From: Mobula hypostoma
Taxonomy: Eukaryota
Length of the DNA: 64,000 nt
Reading direction: 5' to 3'
Assembly (NCBI RefSeq): GCF_963921235.1
Contig: NC_086097.1
Coordinates: 11,594,001 to 11,658,000, forward strand
The notes beneath the pieces are model-generated. The model searched no databases. It was not told the DNA's origin and worked only from the letters and a program-made list of their open reading frames with translations. The translations under genes and the position numbers were made by a program. Every line of letters begins with the position of its first letter. Positions within the stretch are counted from its first letter, which is position 1. This document shows, piece by piece, positions 1-13,089 of the stretch.

Positions 1-104
1 TAGTAACACTGATCAACACCTCCACCAACTGACTCATCCCATCACCACCCCAACCACCACAACTTTATCATTACCTGTCATAGTCACCTCACAAGTCCAT
101 AAGA

Positions 105-750
105 CATTGAATTGAATTGACTTTATCTCTTACATCCTTCGCATACATGAAGAGCAAAAATCTTTACGCTACGTCTCCGTCTAAATGTGCAATGTGCAAT
201 CATAGTAATTTATAATAATTTATAATAAATAGAACAGGCAATGTAAGATAGAAATACACTCCAGAGTGAGTTAATCAGTCTGATGGCCTGGTGGAAAAAG
301 CTGTCCTGAAACCTGTTGGTCCTGGCCTTTATGCTGCGGTTCCCGTTTCCCAGATATTAGCAACTGGAATAGATTGTAGTTGGGGTGACTCGGGTCCCCA
401 CTGATCCTTCGGGCCCTTTTTTCACACCTGTTTTGTAAGTGTCCTGATTCATGGGAAGTTCACAACTACAGATGCGCTGGGCTGTCCGCACCACTCTCTG
501 CGGAATCCTATGATTAAGGGAGGTACAGTTCCCGTACCAGGCAGTGATGCAGACAGTCAGGATGCTCTCAATTATGCCCCTGTAGAAAGTTCTTAGGATC
601 TGGGGGTACATACCAAACTTCCTCAATCATCTGAGGTGAAAGAGGCGTTGTTGTGGCTTTTCACCACACAGCTGGTGTGTACAGACCACATGAGGTCCTC
701 AGTGATGTGGATGCCGAGCAACTTAAAGCTGTTTACCCTTTCAACTCTAA
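105..750 (-). mobile_element. Rex1/Babar-type LINE, 3' fragment
   Basis: ORF 357-626 (LRTFYRGIIESILTVCITAWYGNC...QRVVRTAQRI) matches the Rex/Babar C-terminal motif; (TTCAA)n tail after ATAAAG near 105-125. Confidence 0.8.
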
Positions 751-1222
751 AACCTCATCCTTAATAACACTTCCCCAGCCACTGAGGTTAGATTAACTGG
801 CCTATAATTTCCTCTCTTTTGCCTTCCTTCTTAAATAGTGGAGTGACATTTGCAAATTTTCCATTCCTCTGGGACCTTGCAAGTATCAAGTGATTATTGA
901 AAGATCATGACTAATGCATCCATTATCTCTTCAGCAACCTCTTTCAGGGTTCTGGGATGTCGTCCATCTGGACCAGGTGAATTACCCACCTTAAGAGTTT
1001 CAGTCTGCCTAGCCCTTTTTCCTTTGTAATAGCAATGGAACTCACTTCCACTCCCTGATACTCACAGACCTCTGGAATATAGCTGTTATCTTCCATAGCA
1101 AAGACTGAAGTAAAGTTCTTATTAAGTTCATCTGCCATTTCTTTGTTCTCCATTACTACCTCATCAGTATCATTTTCCAGTGGTCCAATATAAACTCTCA
1201 CCTCCCTTTTACTCTTTATATA
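750..1222 (-). mobile_element. CR1 LINE ORF2 internal fragment
   Basis: ORF 944-1201 (IGPLEND...EMADELNKNFTSVF) is homologous to the CR1 ORF2 at 46594-49059. Confidence 0.85.
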
Positions 1223-1298
1223 ACAGTAACTTTACATACTTTTTATATAACTATTATGTACAGACACTCTTGTGCCTAGACTCATTTAATGAACATAC

Positions 1299-1604
1299 TA
1301 CTACTACTACATCGACTCAGGCCTAGGGGACCGGCGTTGGGCACGATGACGGACTCTCCACTTCTCCCTCTCCTTCATCAGTGTGTTCAGTTCATTTACA
1401 TTAGCCGCGCCGCTGTCTTCTAGGAGCGTGTTGACCATAGTCTTGAGAGGGTGCCCAGGGTTCATCCTCCCGTGCTTGGGCTCCCATATGATGACTAGGC
1501 TGGCAGGTAGCTTGGGGTGGCGTAGACAGTGCCCCGCTAATTGCAGTCTTCTCACCTCGATTTTAGTGGTGAGCATCGGTAGGTTGTTATAGAGCTCAAC
1601 GTTT
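1299..1604 (-). mobile_element. RTE-clade LINE, 5'-truncated 3' end
   Basis: Translation RRLQLAGHCLRH...WEPKHG...GHP; (GTA)n tail; 10-bp TSD ATGAACATAC at 1289-1298 and 1605-1614. Confidence 0.85.
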
Positions 1605-2218
1605 ATGAACATACAATCAATCTATGTATATAAACTCTCTTATCTATTTACATTTATTGTTTTTTTATTATTGTGTTTCTTATCTTATTGTTTTTTTTTG
1701 GGCTGCCTCGGATCTGGAGTCACAATTAGATTATGAAGACACGCAGTCCTCTTTTATTGTCATTTAGTAATGCATGCATTAAGAAATGATACAATATTCC
1801 TCCAGTGTGAAATCACAAAACACAGGACAGACCAAGACTGAAAAAACTAACAAAACCACATAATTATAACGTATGGTTACAACAACAATTATTTTGTTCT
1901 CCTTTACACCTATGTACTGGAAATGACATTAAACAATCTTGAATCTTGAACAGAGAAGTCGACTCAGCCCATTATATCCCCTGGCACATTGTGGATGTCC
2001 ACTCAGACCATTTCCTCACCATGTCCCCTGTAGTACTGCAATCATGTCGCTTCAAAGCAAAGGATTGTTTTTGGAAGGCCCACCTGACTGCCACTGCCAA
2101 TGTTAGAGGCACTGAGCTCCAGATGGTAATCCAAGTGAGAAGCAGTTATTGGCAGGGTGTCCACTGGAAGACGGCACCTAAATCCAGCTACCAATAACCA
2201 CCCTTCACCTATAAACAA

Positions 2219-2820
2219 GACCAAGACCCTTCTTCAGGACTCGAAAGGTAAAGGGAAAGAATTCAGAATAAGAAGGTGGGAGGATAGAAGGAAGAAGTAT
2301 CAGGTGGCAAGTGATAGGTGAAGATTTGAGAGGGGTGAAGTAAAGAGCTGGGAAGTTGGTGAAAGAGATAAAGGGCTGGAGAAGGGGGAATCTGATAGGA
2401 GCGGGTAGAAGACCATGGAAGAAAGGGAAGGGGGAAGAGCATGAGAGGGAGGTGATGGGCAGGTAAGGAGATGAGGTGAGAGTGGGAAATAGGAATGGGA
2501 ATGGTGAAGTGGAGAGCAATTACTGGAAGTTCAAGAAATCGATGTTGATTCCATCAGGTTAGGCGCTTCTGACAAGCCAGTCTATGGCCTCCTGTACTGT
2601 TGTGATGAAGTCACACTCAGGTTGGAGGAGCAGTACCTTATTTTCCATCTGGGTAGCCTCCAATCTCAACATCGATTTCTTGAACTTCCAGTAATTCCCC
2701 CAACCCCCCACCCCACCCCAACCTCCTCACCATTCCCATTCCCATCTCCCTCTCTGACGTTATCTGCAGATTTTCTCATCTGTTCCCTAGTTCTGCCTAT
2801 CACTTGCTTGCTGTTTCTCC
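2219..2820. mobile_element. Penelope-like element 3' fragments in both orientations
   Basis: EEQYLIFHLGSLQ motif at 2622 (+); pyrimidine-rich 3' region and a truncated hammerhead core on the - strand at 2219-2241. Confidence 0.7.
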
Positions 2821-2821
2821 A

Positions 2822-3245
2822 TCCCTGGTCTGCCTGGTTCCATTGTCCCTAGATCTGGACCATAGCACTCCATACCCCTTCCATCCATGTACCTATCCAA
2901 ACTTCTCGTAAGTGTTGAAATCAAACCCATGCCCACCACTTTTGCTGGCAGCTCATTCCACACTCCCATCACCCTCTGAGTGACAAAGATCCCCCTCAAG
3001 TTCTCCTTAAGTATTTCACTTATCATTTTTTAACCCATCACCTCCAGTTCTAGTCTCACCCAACCGCAGTGGAAAAGGCTTGCTTGCATTTACCCTATCT
3101 CTATCCTTCATTATTTTGTATACCTCTACCAAATGCCTCTTCATTTTCCTACACTCCAGGGCATAAAGTCCTCACCTATTTAACCTTTCCCTGTAACTCA
3201 GATGTTCAAGTCCCGACAACACCCTTGTGAGTTTTCTCTGTATGA
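2822..3245 (-). mobile_element. CR1 LINE 3' end
   Basis: TQRVMGVWNELP...LDRYMD is the CR1 ORF2 C-terminus. Confidence 0.85.
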
Positions 3246-3660
3246 GCATGACTGTGCTTTTTCACATTATGATAATGTTCATGCTTCAAAACTACTTCAT
3301 TCTGTATAAAATCTTAGGTATGAAAGGTTTTGTTATTAAGTATTATTTTTAAATTGTTGTGGTCAAGTGGCTTCATTACCTACTGCACATTGTCCCTACA
3401 CTTTTGAAGTTAACTTAAGCTGAACCCAGGAGTTAAAACTTGCCCTGTAATTTCCAGGGCAAAGGCAGGTTACTAGTGCCTTAAAGCCAGTCGTTCTGGG
3501 CTGATGGGGCTCGTCAGCTCATCTATGAGAAGGAAAATTCTGATCTCAAACCTCTGCTGCCTTGCAGCTGTACCCACTCACGGGCAAGGCTTTGGGAGTA
3601 AGCCCTGAGGATAAATCTGGAGATGGATTCCCTAAGGCAGTCAGGCAGTCCTACATTGAA

Positions 3661-4612
3661 TTCCGCCACCTCCAACGGGATCCTACCACTAAGCACATCT
3701 TTCCCTCCTCCCCTCTCTCTGCTTTCTGCAGGGATCACTCCCTACACAATTCCCTTGTCCACTCATCCCCCCCATCCTTCCCCACTGATCTCCCTCCTGG
3801 CACTTATCCATGTAAGCGGAACAAGTGCTACACATGCCCTTACACTTCCTCCCTTACCACCATTCAGGGCCCCAAACAGTCCTTCCAGGTGAGGCAACAC
3901 TTCACCTGTGAGTCGGCTGGGGTGATATACTGCGTCCGGTGCTCCCGATGTGGCCTTCTATATATTGGCGAGACCCGACGCGGACTGGGAGACCGCTTTG
4001 CTGAACACCTACGCTCTGTCCGCCAGAGAAAGCAGGATCTCCCAGTGGCCACACATTTTAATTCCACATCCCATTCCCATTCTGACATGTCTATCCACGA
4101 CCTCTTCTAACTGTAAAGATGAAGCCACACTCAGGTTGGAGGAACAACACCTTATATTCCGTCTGGGTAGCCTTCAACCTAATGGCATGAACATTGACTT
4201 CTCTAACTTCCGCTAATGCCCACCTCCCCCTCGTACCCCATCTGTTATTTATTTTTGTACACACATTCTTTCTCTCTGTCCTTTTTCTCCCTCTGTCCCT
4301 CTGAATATACCCCTTGCCCATCCTCTGGTTCCCCCCCCGCTTTGTCTTTCTCCCGGACCTCCTGTCCCATGATCCTCTCATATCCCCTTTGCCAATCACC
4401 TGTCCAGCTCTCGGCTCTATCCCTCCCCCTCCTGACTTCTCCTATCATTTTGGATCTCCCCCTCTCCCTCCAACTTTCAAATCTCTTACTAACTCTTCCT
4501 TCAGTTAGTCCTGACGAAGGGTCTCGGCCTGAAATGTCGACTGCACCTCTTCCTAGAGATGCTGCCTGGCCTGCTGCGTTCACCAGCAATTTTGATGTGT
4601 GTTGCTTGAATT
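3661..4612 (+). mobile_element. Penelope-like retroelement (Neptune-type): GIY-YIG endonuclease, 3' region and hammerhead motif
   Basis: Cys-rich linker (CKRNKCYTC), GVIYCVRCSRCGLLYIGET, R..EH, HFN, then a frameshift to EEQHLIFRLGSLQPNGMN* (stop at 4216); TTGAATTC at both junctions. Confidence 0.92.
4507..4542 (+). ncRNA. Minimal type I hammerhead ribozyme motif (stem III palindrome altered, ACGT to ATGT)
   Basis: AGTC-CTGACGA-AGGGTCTCGGCCT-GAAA-TGTC-GACT. Confidence 0.75.
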
Positions 4613-5114
4613 CAACACTGAGTGGCAACTCTTGAGAAAACACTGGTACCGAACTCCATCAGTCTCTGCTGTTCGTTTGGATTCATCAGCTGCATGAAGA
4701 GGGGAAGCCTGCTGCATGGGAGACAGCTTGCTCTCCATATCATACTTCCCTGACTTGCATACTGATTTGCATATTGACTGCATAGAGAGCTAGGACACAT
4801 CTATGGTTGACCTCAACCAACAGAGTGCCTCACATTTCCAGGGACAATTGATGAGGCTCTGATTAGCAGAAGGGCTACAAATGTATAGCAGGCTTGTGTG
4901 GGCAATCATGCACGTAAAACTCCTCTGTAAGTCTTTGATCGCTAGCAAAGAACCATTGCCAATTTTGCTCACTGTTAAAGATATTGGGGCCTTTGAATGT
5001 TTCAAAATGCCCCAGGAGTTCTTTTGATTTTTGTTTACCTGTTTCATTACAACAGTTCTTTCAGGAGCTTGTGAGGTTCTGAATCATAGATCCATCTCAA
5101 TGTCATCTATTTTA

Positions 5115-5405
5115 AATTTTTTATTTAGAGATGCAGCATTGAGCAGGCCATTCTGGCCAAGGAGCCGCACCACCCAGCAGCCCACCTACTCAAGTCTAGT
5201 CTAATCACAGGACAAATTGCATGACCAATTCACCTACTAACCTGTACGTCTTTGGACTGTGGGAGGACACTAGAGCACCTACAGGACATCCATACACTCA
5301 GTGGAAAGACATATAAACTTCTTACGGAATGTCTGAATTGAAGCCCAAATTCTGACACCCCAAGCTGTAATAGCGTGGCACAGTCTGCCATGCTACCAAT
5401 GCGCC
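5115..5405 (-). mobile_element. V-SINE (HE1-like)
   Basis: Reverse complement of the V-domain (TCCTCCCACAGTCCAAAGACGTA) with an A-rich tail. Confidence 0.7.
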
Positions 5406-5489
5406 CAAGAATAAAAGTCATAAACACTTAGCTTTCAGTGTATTCTTTTGCTAAAACATGTCCTTTCAAGATCTAAAATGGCAATCAAT

Positions 5490-5835
5490 GTCTTGGTAGC
5501 CTAGTGGTTAGCATGACTATTACAGCATTCAGAGTTCAATTCCAGCGCCATTCTGTAAGGAGTTTTTGTACCTTCTTTTGGTACCATGACCGACAGGCAC
5601 CTGGAATGCCTTTCAGGATTCCAGGTTGTAGATGCCTGTTTTTTCTCTTTTTTTTGGTAATGTATTTGTTTTCCCAGGTGCTCCCACAGGCTAAAAACGT
5701 ATTGGATAGGGAAATTTGTCATTACCTGTTATTAGGTTAGGGTGAATCACGTTTGTTGGGGATTGCTGGGGCAGCATTGCTCGAACAGCCAAAAGGGCCT
5801 TCTCTTCACTGTATCGCTAAATAAATAAAAAATAA
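5490..5835 (+). mobile_element. V-SINE (HE1-like), degraded
   Basis: tRNA-like head (TAGCCTAGTGGTTAG...GAGTTCAATTCC), V-domain remnant and (TAAA)n tail. Confidence 0.65.
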
Positions 5836-6361
5836 AAAAAATCTGTTTACGCACCAGTGTAATTATCTTTGTGCCATAGCTTTAAACTTCCACAGCATAA
5901 AATGGCTCTTCTCTGTTAAGCAGCGCACTTAACTGCTGTTGATATAATGTGCTTATTAATCCTTGTTCATAGGCACAACAATGACTGTGCAAGCACTCTG
6001 TGTGTTCTGTCCATTCGTGAACTCTCAGCACAATAAATCAGGGAACAAATTGTTAAATCACCTTTAAGGAGTAGAGTTGCTTTCTCAGGTGTGAACACTG
6101 TAAGTGCAGGTAATAAATCGAAGCAGAGCATGATTTATTCGGTATTGCATTCTTTTATATGTTCACAGCAATTTGGGTGGGGGGAGTTGGGGGAAGAGGG
6201 GCATTCGCTAGTAAAACAGCAAAATAATAGCTTCACGTCAACGTCACTTGCTACTGTAACAAATCAGTCTCTGCTTGACATTCTTCCCTATTGAAAGGTC
6301 TTAGTAATGTTTGCAATGTTATCAACTGTAGACAGAATAAAACTTCATTTCTGTATCAGGA

Positions 6362-7005
6362 CACACTCAGCAGCCACATTTCTTGGTGCCTCTTATACCC
6401 AATAAAGTGGCCATGGTGTGTATGTTTGTGGTCTTTTGCTGCTATAGCCCATCCACTTCACGGTTCGGTGTGTTGTGCGTTCAGAGATGCTCTTCTGAAC
6501 ACCACTGCTGTAACACGTGGTTATCTGAGTTACTGTCGCCTTCCTGTCAGCTTGAACCAGTCTGGCCATTCTCCTCTGACATCTCTCATTAACAAGGCAT
6601 TTTTCACTCACAGAACTGCTGCTCACTAGATTTTTTTTTGTTTTTTGCACCATCCTATGTATGTTCTAGAGCAGAGGTTCCCAAACTTCTTTTTCTCCCA
6701 GACCTCCACAATTAACTTAGGGTTCTGTGGACCCCTGTTCTAGAGACTGTGATGTGTGAAAATCCAAGGACATCTGCTGTTTCTAAGATACTCAAACCAC
6801 CCTGCCTGGCACCTACATCATTCCACAATCAAAGTCACTAAGATCATATTTCTTCCCCATTCTGATGTTTGGTCTGAATAACTGAACCTCTTGACTATGC
6901 CTGCATGCTTTTATGCATTGAATTGCTGTCTCACGTTCGAATGTTTAGATATTTCCATTGATGAGCAGGTGTACGAATGTACATACTAAAGTAGCCACTG
7001 TGTAT
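6362..7005 (-). mobile_element. Non-autonomous Tc1/mariner derivative
   Basis: ORF 6393-6653 (RRMARLVQADRKATVTQIT...SISERTTHRT..MGY) is the Tc1 DNA-binding region; degenerate inverted ends. Confidence 0.8.
6672..6737. mobile_element. 66-bp hAT (Charlie-like) MITE nested in the Tc1 derivative
   Basis: Ends CAGAGGTTCCCAAAC...ACCCCTG; perfect 8-bp TSD TTCTAGAG at 6664-6671 and 6738-6745. Confidence 0.85.
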
Positions 7006-7107
7006 ACTTAAACAAATATCACCAACGACCTTATGGTCTTTTTTGATGAACTATAATTATCGACATGCCCCATCAAAAGTCAGTCACAAGATAGTGAGAT
7101 ACTCCTT

Positions 7108-7240
7108 TCATAGAACCATAGAACCATAGAAACTACATCACAGAAACAGGTCCTTTGGCCCTTCTTGGCTGTACTGAACCATTTTCTGCCTAGTCCCACT
7201 GACCTGCACACGGACCATATCCCTCCATACACCTCCCATA
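7108..7240 (-). mobile_element. CR1 3' tail fragment
   Basis: (CATAGAAC)n tail; nearly identical to 38458-38595. Confidence 0.85.
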
Positions 7241-7850
7241 AACACAAGAGATTCTGCAGATGCAGGAAATTCAGATCAATGCACACAAAATGCTGGATGA
7301 ACTCAGCAGGTCAGGCAGCATCTAAAAATGAATAACCAGTCAATGTTTCGGGCCAAGACCCTTTATCAGGATTGGAAAGGAAGGGAGAAGTTATCAGATG
7401 AGATGGTGAGGGGAGGGGAAGGAATACAGGTGATAGGTGACGCCAAGTGAGTGGGGCAGGGGGATGAATTGAGAAGCTGGGAGGTTATAGGTAGAAAAAT
7501 TAAAGGGCTAAAGAAGTAGGAATCTGATAGGAGAGGAGAGTGGACCATGGAACAAGGGGAAGAAGGAAGAAGGTAGGTGTGTGAGGACAAACAATAAGAG
7601 GGGAGCTAGAGTAGAGAATTTAAAAAGAAATTGGTTGGAGAAATTGACGTACATCAGGTTGGAGGCTACCTGAGCGGAATATGAGGTGTTGCTCCACCAA
7701 TCTGAGAGTGGTCTCATCATGGCAGAAGATGAAGTCATGGACTGTCATTGTAAAATGGGAATGGAAATTGGAATTAAAATGGTTGACCACTGGGAATTCC
7801 TGCTTTTTGTGGATGGAGGGAAGGTGCTCGACAAAGGTGTCACCAATCTC
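7240..7850 (-). mobile_element. Penelope-like element 3' part with decayed hammerhead (7338-7373)
   Basis: Homologous to 4000-4612; - strand reads AATC-CTGATAA-AGGGTCTTGGCCC-GAAA-CATT-GACT. Confidence 0.8.
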
Positions 7851-8009
7851 CTTTCAGATGTTTGCTGTGTGTATTGTTTGTGCTCGCTCACTCCAAAGGC
7901 CAAACAAAATCACAGTTGCAAAATCTTCCTTTTCTTTTGCTGTTGCAGGGGGATGGGAACCAGAGGGCCAGAACAGTTATTAGAGAGGTTGTGGAGGCAG
8001 ATGTTGGCA

Positions 8010-10220
8010 AGACCTCAGCCAAAGATAGGAATCAAAAGTTTGAGCATGGTGCGACAAAATCGTAAAGGGTAAATACAGGACTGAAGGTGTTGTATCTGAA
8101 TGTGCAGAGTATATGGAATATGGTAGATGAACTAGCAGCACAGTTCTAGATCAGCAGATATGATGTTGTAGGCATCACAGGATCATGGCTGAAAGACTAT
8201 AGTTAGGAGTTTAATGTTAAGGATCACATTGTATCGAAAAGATAGGCAGAAAGGCAGAGAGGGTGACATTGCAGTGTTGTTAAAAATTGAAGTCAAACCA
8301 TCAGAAAGTAGTGACATAGGGTCGGAAGGTGTATTATTGTGGATAGAATTAAGGAAATGCAAGGGTAAAAATACCCTTTTAGCAGTTTTATACAGACCCC
8401 CAAACAGTAGTAAGGATGTTGCTTACGAATTACAATGGGAGATAGAAAATGCACGCCAAAAGGATGCTGTTACAATCATCATGATGGGAGATTTCAATAT
8501 ACAGGTAGTTTGGGAAAATTAGGTTGGTGTTGGATTACAGGAGAGGGAATTTCTAGAGTGTCTACCAGATGGCTTTTTAGAGCAGCTCTAGTTGAGCCCA
8601 CTAGAGGGCCAGCTATTCTAGATTGGGTGTTGTGCAAGGAGCCAGAATTGATTAGGTAGCTTAAGGAAAAGAACTCTTAGGGGTAAGTGATTACAGTATG
8701 GGCAAATTCACTCTGAAATTTGAGAAGGAGAAGCTAAAGTCAGAAGTATCAATATTACAACGGAGTGAAAGGAATTACAAAGGCATGAGAAAGGAGTTGG
8801 CCAGAGTTGATTGGAAAAGAACACTGACAGGGATGACGACAGAACAACAATGGTTGGATTTTCTGGAAGCAATTCAGAAGTTCAGAAGGCACAGGCTATA
8901 TACATTCTAAACAGGAAGAAACATTCTAAAGGAAAGATGACACAACCATGGCTAACAAGACAAGTCAAAGCCAATATAAAAGCCAAAGAGAGGGCATCTG
9001 ATAGAGCAAAGATTAGTGGGAAGTTAGGGAATTGGGATGCTTTCAAAAACCAATAGAAGACAACTGAAAAAGTCATTAAGAAAGTAAAGATGGAATATGA
9101 AAGTAAGCTAGCCAATGATATTAAAGAGGATAACAAAAGTTTCTTCAGATACATGAAGTGTAAAAGAGAAGTAAGAGTGGATATTGGACCGTTAGAAAAT
9201 GATGCTGGAGAGGTAGTAACGGGGGCAATGAAATACTGGATAAACTTAGTAGGTATTTTGCATCAGTCGTCACTGTGGAAGATGCTAGCAGTATGGTGTA
9301 ATTTCCAGGTGTCAAGGTGTATGAAGTGTGTGAAGTTACCATAACTAAAGAGAAGGTACTTGGGAAACTGAAAATATTGCCTAACAATTTGCTTGGAATT
9401 CTTTGAAGAAGTCACAAGCAGGATAGGCAAAGGAGAATCAGTTGATGTTGTGTATTTAGATTTTCAGAAGGACTTTGACAAGGTGCCACACATGAGGCTG
9501 TTTAACATGGTATTACAGGAAAGATTTTAGCATGGATAAAGCAGTGGCTGATTGGTAGGAGGCAAACTGTGGGAATAAAGGGAACGTTTTCCGACTGGCT
9601 ACTGGTGACTAGTAGTGTTCTACAGGGGTCTGTGTTGGAATCAATTCTTTTTATGTCATATGTCAATGATCTGGATGATGGAATTGACAGGTTTGTTTCA
9701 AAGTTTGCAGACAATATGAAGATAGCTGGAGGGGCAGATTGTTTTGAGGAATTAGAGAAGCTACAGAACGAGACAATGGGCAAAGAAATGGCAGATGGAA
9801 TACAATGTCAGGAAGTGTATGGTATGAGGGGGTGACCTTATTGAAACCTTTCGAATGGTGAAAGGCCTTGATAGAGTGGATGTTAAGAGGATATTTCCTA
9901 TGTTGAGAGCGTCTAAGACCAGAGGACACAGCTTGTGAATGGAAGGAGATCTTTTTAGAATGGAGAAGAGGAATTTCTTTATCTAGAGGGTGGTGCATCT
10001 GTGGAATTCTTTGCCACAGGCAGCTATGGAAGCCAAGTCATTGGGTATATTTAAGGCAGAGGTTGATAAATTCTTGATTATTCAGGGCATGGAGGGATAC
10101 GGGGAGAAGGCAGGAGACTGAGGCGGAGAGGAGAATTCGATCAGCCATGATGAAATGTGGAACAGACTCAATGGACCAAATATCCTAATTCTGCTCGTAT
10201 ATCTTATTGTCTCATGGTCC
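8010..10220 (+). mobile_element. CR1 LINE ORF2, degraded with internal deletions
   Basis: APE motifs (YRPP, GDFN, ILDWVL), RT motifs (LQGSVL, FADN) and a TCTTATGG-like tail. Confidence 0.9.
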
Positions 10221-11721
10221 TACTGGTTTAATTTCACTGGATTATGTTGTAAAATTTGTTGTTTTGAAGCAGCGGTACTTTGCAATAATACATTATGAAA
10301 AATTGTAAGTTACAAGAATATATATATATCTACACTTTATTCCACTCAATAGGTGCTGCCTGACTTGCTGAATTTCAGCATTTCTCCAGCATCTTGTGTT
10401 TGTTGCTCTAACTTGCTATAATCGTTTCCTGCCCCTACAACCCAAGTAGGTTACTGCTCTGACAACAGCCCCCTTTATCCATACCCTCTCTCCAGCCATG
10501 AGTGGCTATGTTTCAGCCCTGCATCTCATGTTTTGACATGACATACTCATTTAATACTCTTTTCTCTGAGCCATTTTGTGGTTGTCCCTTTTTTGTCCAC
10601 TTCATTTGCCAGGCAACTCTTTCGTTCTAAATGTTATTTGCTTACTTCCACGATTTGTTCTTTTTCTCTCTCTCGCACTCTCTCTCTCTGCACAGTCTGC
10701 TTTGTTGAGTTTTTTTAATGGGTTCTTTTGGGTTCCTTGTGGCTGCCTGTAAGGAGGTGAATCTCAAAGTTGTATAATATATACACACTTTGATAATAAA
10801 TATACTTTGAACTTTATCTGTGAAATACCCAAAGATGTTTCTGGACATTAAAGGTGTTAAAAATGTAAATCATTGTTGAACTGGATTTATTTAAAATTTC
10901 TCCCAGATCATTTCTTAGTAACAGAGCTTCCAATCTTAATCTTTTCAAAACACATCAAGCCAACCATATAAAACTCATGTCTTTAATCACTATTCTGTTA
11001 TCTTGCTTTTCCACACATAACTTTTATGCTCCAGTAACTTATCTGTATTATTCACGTTAATACAAATATTTAAGTTTTTGCACATTATAGCAACACAGGT
11101 TCCTGTTTATTAGTTTTATTTCTTGGATTTTTAACTCATCATCTCTCTTGTTCCCGTTCATGTACCCTCTGACTGTTTCACCTATTCCCAATTTCATGCA
11201 TCCCTTGTGCTCTCTCACTTGGATTTCTGTTTAAATATCTCCCACTGGAACAGAGTTGCATACCTCATGTTTATCCACAGCAGGTTTGTCACTTTGCAAA
11301 GCCCACCCAAATTCCAAAAGTTAATTTGATATGCACATATCAAGGTTGCCAAGACTGCTCCATAACATAATTTGCAAAATGCATTCTCTGTTCTGGTTTC
11401 CATCAGAACAGAATTCACATTTCCTTCTTTTCCTCTGAGTGTGCTCTGCAAAAACACATACAGACAGAAAAAGGTGCCGCATGCTGACAGTCAGCTTGAG
11501 CTGAAGACAGATTTATTCCTACTGGTTCTTCATTTCACCAACTCAGTTAAGGTGGGATGTTCAAGGCACACATGCCTATTTTGCTTCTGAATGCTGCTGC
11601 AGGTGTTTCTAAGCATAAGTATTTAACAAAGTTTTGACAACAGTTAATCAGCTCAAAACCAAACAACTTTGGACCAAAAATCAGGTTTAAAATATCCTTT
11701 TGGCCACACTATGGTCCATAT

Positions 11722-12660
11722 TCCATCATAGGTACTAGACTTCCCAGCATCCAGGGCGTCTTCAAAAAGTGGTGCCTCAGATAGGCAGCATTAGGGACCC
11801 CATCACCCAGGACATGTCCTCTTCTCATTGCTGCCATCAAGGAGGAGGTACAGGAGCCTGGAGACACACATTCAACATTTTAGGAACGGCTTCTTCCCCT
11901 CTGTCATCAGGTTTCTGAATGGACAATGAACCCATGTATTCTACCTCAATATTTTTCTTTTGCTCTCTTTTTGCATTCCTTATTTAATTTAATTTTCTGG
12001 TCACCGAATTATAGGAAAGATGTCAATAAAACTGAGAGAGTACAGAGGAGATTTACTAAAATGTTGCCTGGGTTTCATCTCCTAAGTTACAGAAAAAGGC
12101 TGAACAAGTTAGGTCTTTATTCTTTGGAGCGTAGAAGGATGAGGGGGGACTTGATAGAGGTGTTTAAAATTATGAGGGGGATTGATAGAGTTGATGTGGA
12201 TAGGCTTTTTCCATTGAGAATGGGGGAGATTCAAACAAGAGGACGTGAGTTGAGAGTTAAAGGGCAAAAGCTTAGGGGTAACATGAGGGGGAATTTCTTT
12301 ACTCAGAGAGTGGTAGTTGTGTGGAACGAGCTTCCAGCAGAAGTGGTTGAGGCAGGTTTGATGTTGTCGTTTAAAGTTAAATTGGGTAGTTATATGGACA
12401 GGAAAGGAATGGAGGGTTATGGGCTGAGTGCAGATCAGTGGGACTAGGTGAGAGTAAGAGTTTGGCACGGACTAGAAGGGCCGAGATGGCCTGTTTCCAT
12501 GCTGTAAGTGTTATATGGTTATTATATGGTTAATGTTATAAATATTTTTCTTGTTGTAATTTATAGTTTTTCTATTATTATGTATTCAAATGTACTGCTG
12601 CGGCAAAAGAACAAATATCACGACATATCCCAATGAAATTAAACCTATTTCTGATTCAGA
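11722..12660 (+). mobile_element. Rex/Babar 3' end interrupted by a CR1 3' fragment (about 11990-12530)
   Basis: Rex part is homologous to 15185-15675; CR1 part reads FWSPNYRKDV...WNELP...YMD with a (TTATATGG)n tail. Confidence 0.85.
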
Positions 12661-12698
12661 TGCAACAATTGTTGGATATACTGTGTTTTCTATAATGA

Positions 12699-12932
12699 TC
12701 ATGCCCCATAATTTGTTGGTAATTTGCTTTGCTTTGCTTCACTGCAGATTGTGAGGTTGGGCAGTAAATGCTTTTGAGTGACAGAACCATGCTGCTCTGT
12801 GGTTGTGGGAGAAGCACTGACCCTCACTGAGGGCTGGGGACTGAGGTGGCTCGGAGACTGCAGTGCAATGTGTCGGAAGAGGTCGCAGTCGGTTTTGATT
12901 AGGATCACTCCTTTCCTAGTTACATATTCATC
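12699..12932 (-). CDS. Putative terminal coding exon of an unidentified host gene (DEYVTRKGVILIKTDCDLFRH...KLPTNYGA*)
   Basis: Non-repetitive; acceptor atcccacag|GAT; 77 open codons to TGA; phase 0 matches the donor of exon 21173-21305. Confidence 0.65.
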   Translation of the reverse strand, partial: DEYVTRKGVILIKTDCDLFRHIALQSPSHLSPQPSVRVSASPTTTEQHGSVTQKHLLPNLTICSEAKQSKLPTNYGA

Positions 12933-13089
12933 CTGTGGGATTGAATAATTTTACAGTCCAGCAATGCTGTAATTCATCACAGTGTTTCGCCACTTAACCC
13001 TTTGATCCATTGGGTTTGCATGTAAAAGTTTAAAGGGTTATTCTTCCTTTTTGGCTTGTCAGTAATTTACCACATTGTGGAGCCACAGG

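Larger units (their letters stand above)
3455..4822 (+). repeat. Unclassified interspersed repeat (possibly RTE-associated), split by a Penelope-like insertion
   Basis: 3495-3660 plus 4613-4820 match the reverse complement of the uninterrupted copy at 33260-33605. Confidence 0.6.

Noticed and set aside
3455..3530. HDV-like ribozyme at the start of the unclassified repeat
   Set aside because: Only a simple hairpin (GGGCTGATG/CGTCAGCTC) is evident; no nested double pseudoknot could be assigned.
4216..4643. ORFs of 100-150 aa on both strands here and at 61716-62179
   Set aside because: These are low-complexity pyrimidine/purine-rich Penelope-like 3' regions and chance ORFs.
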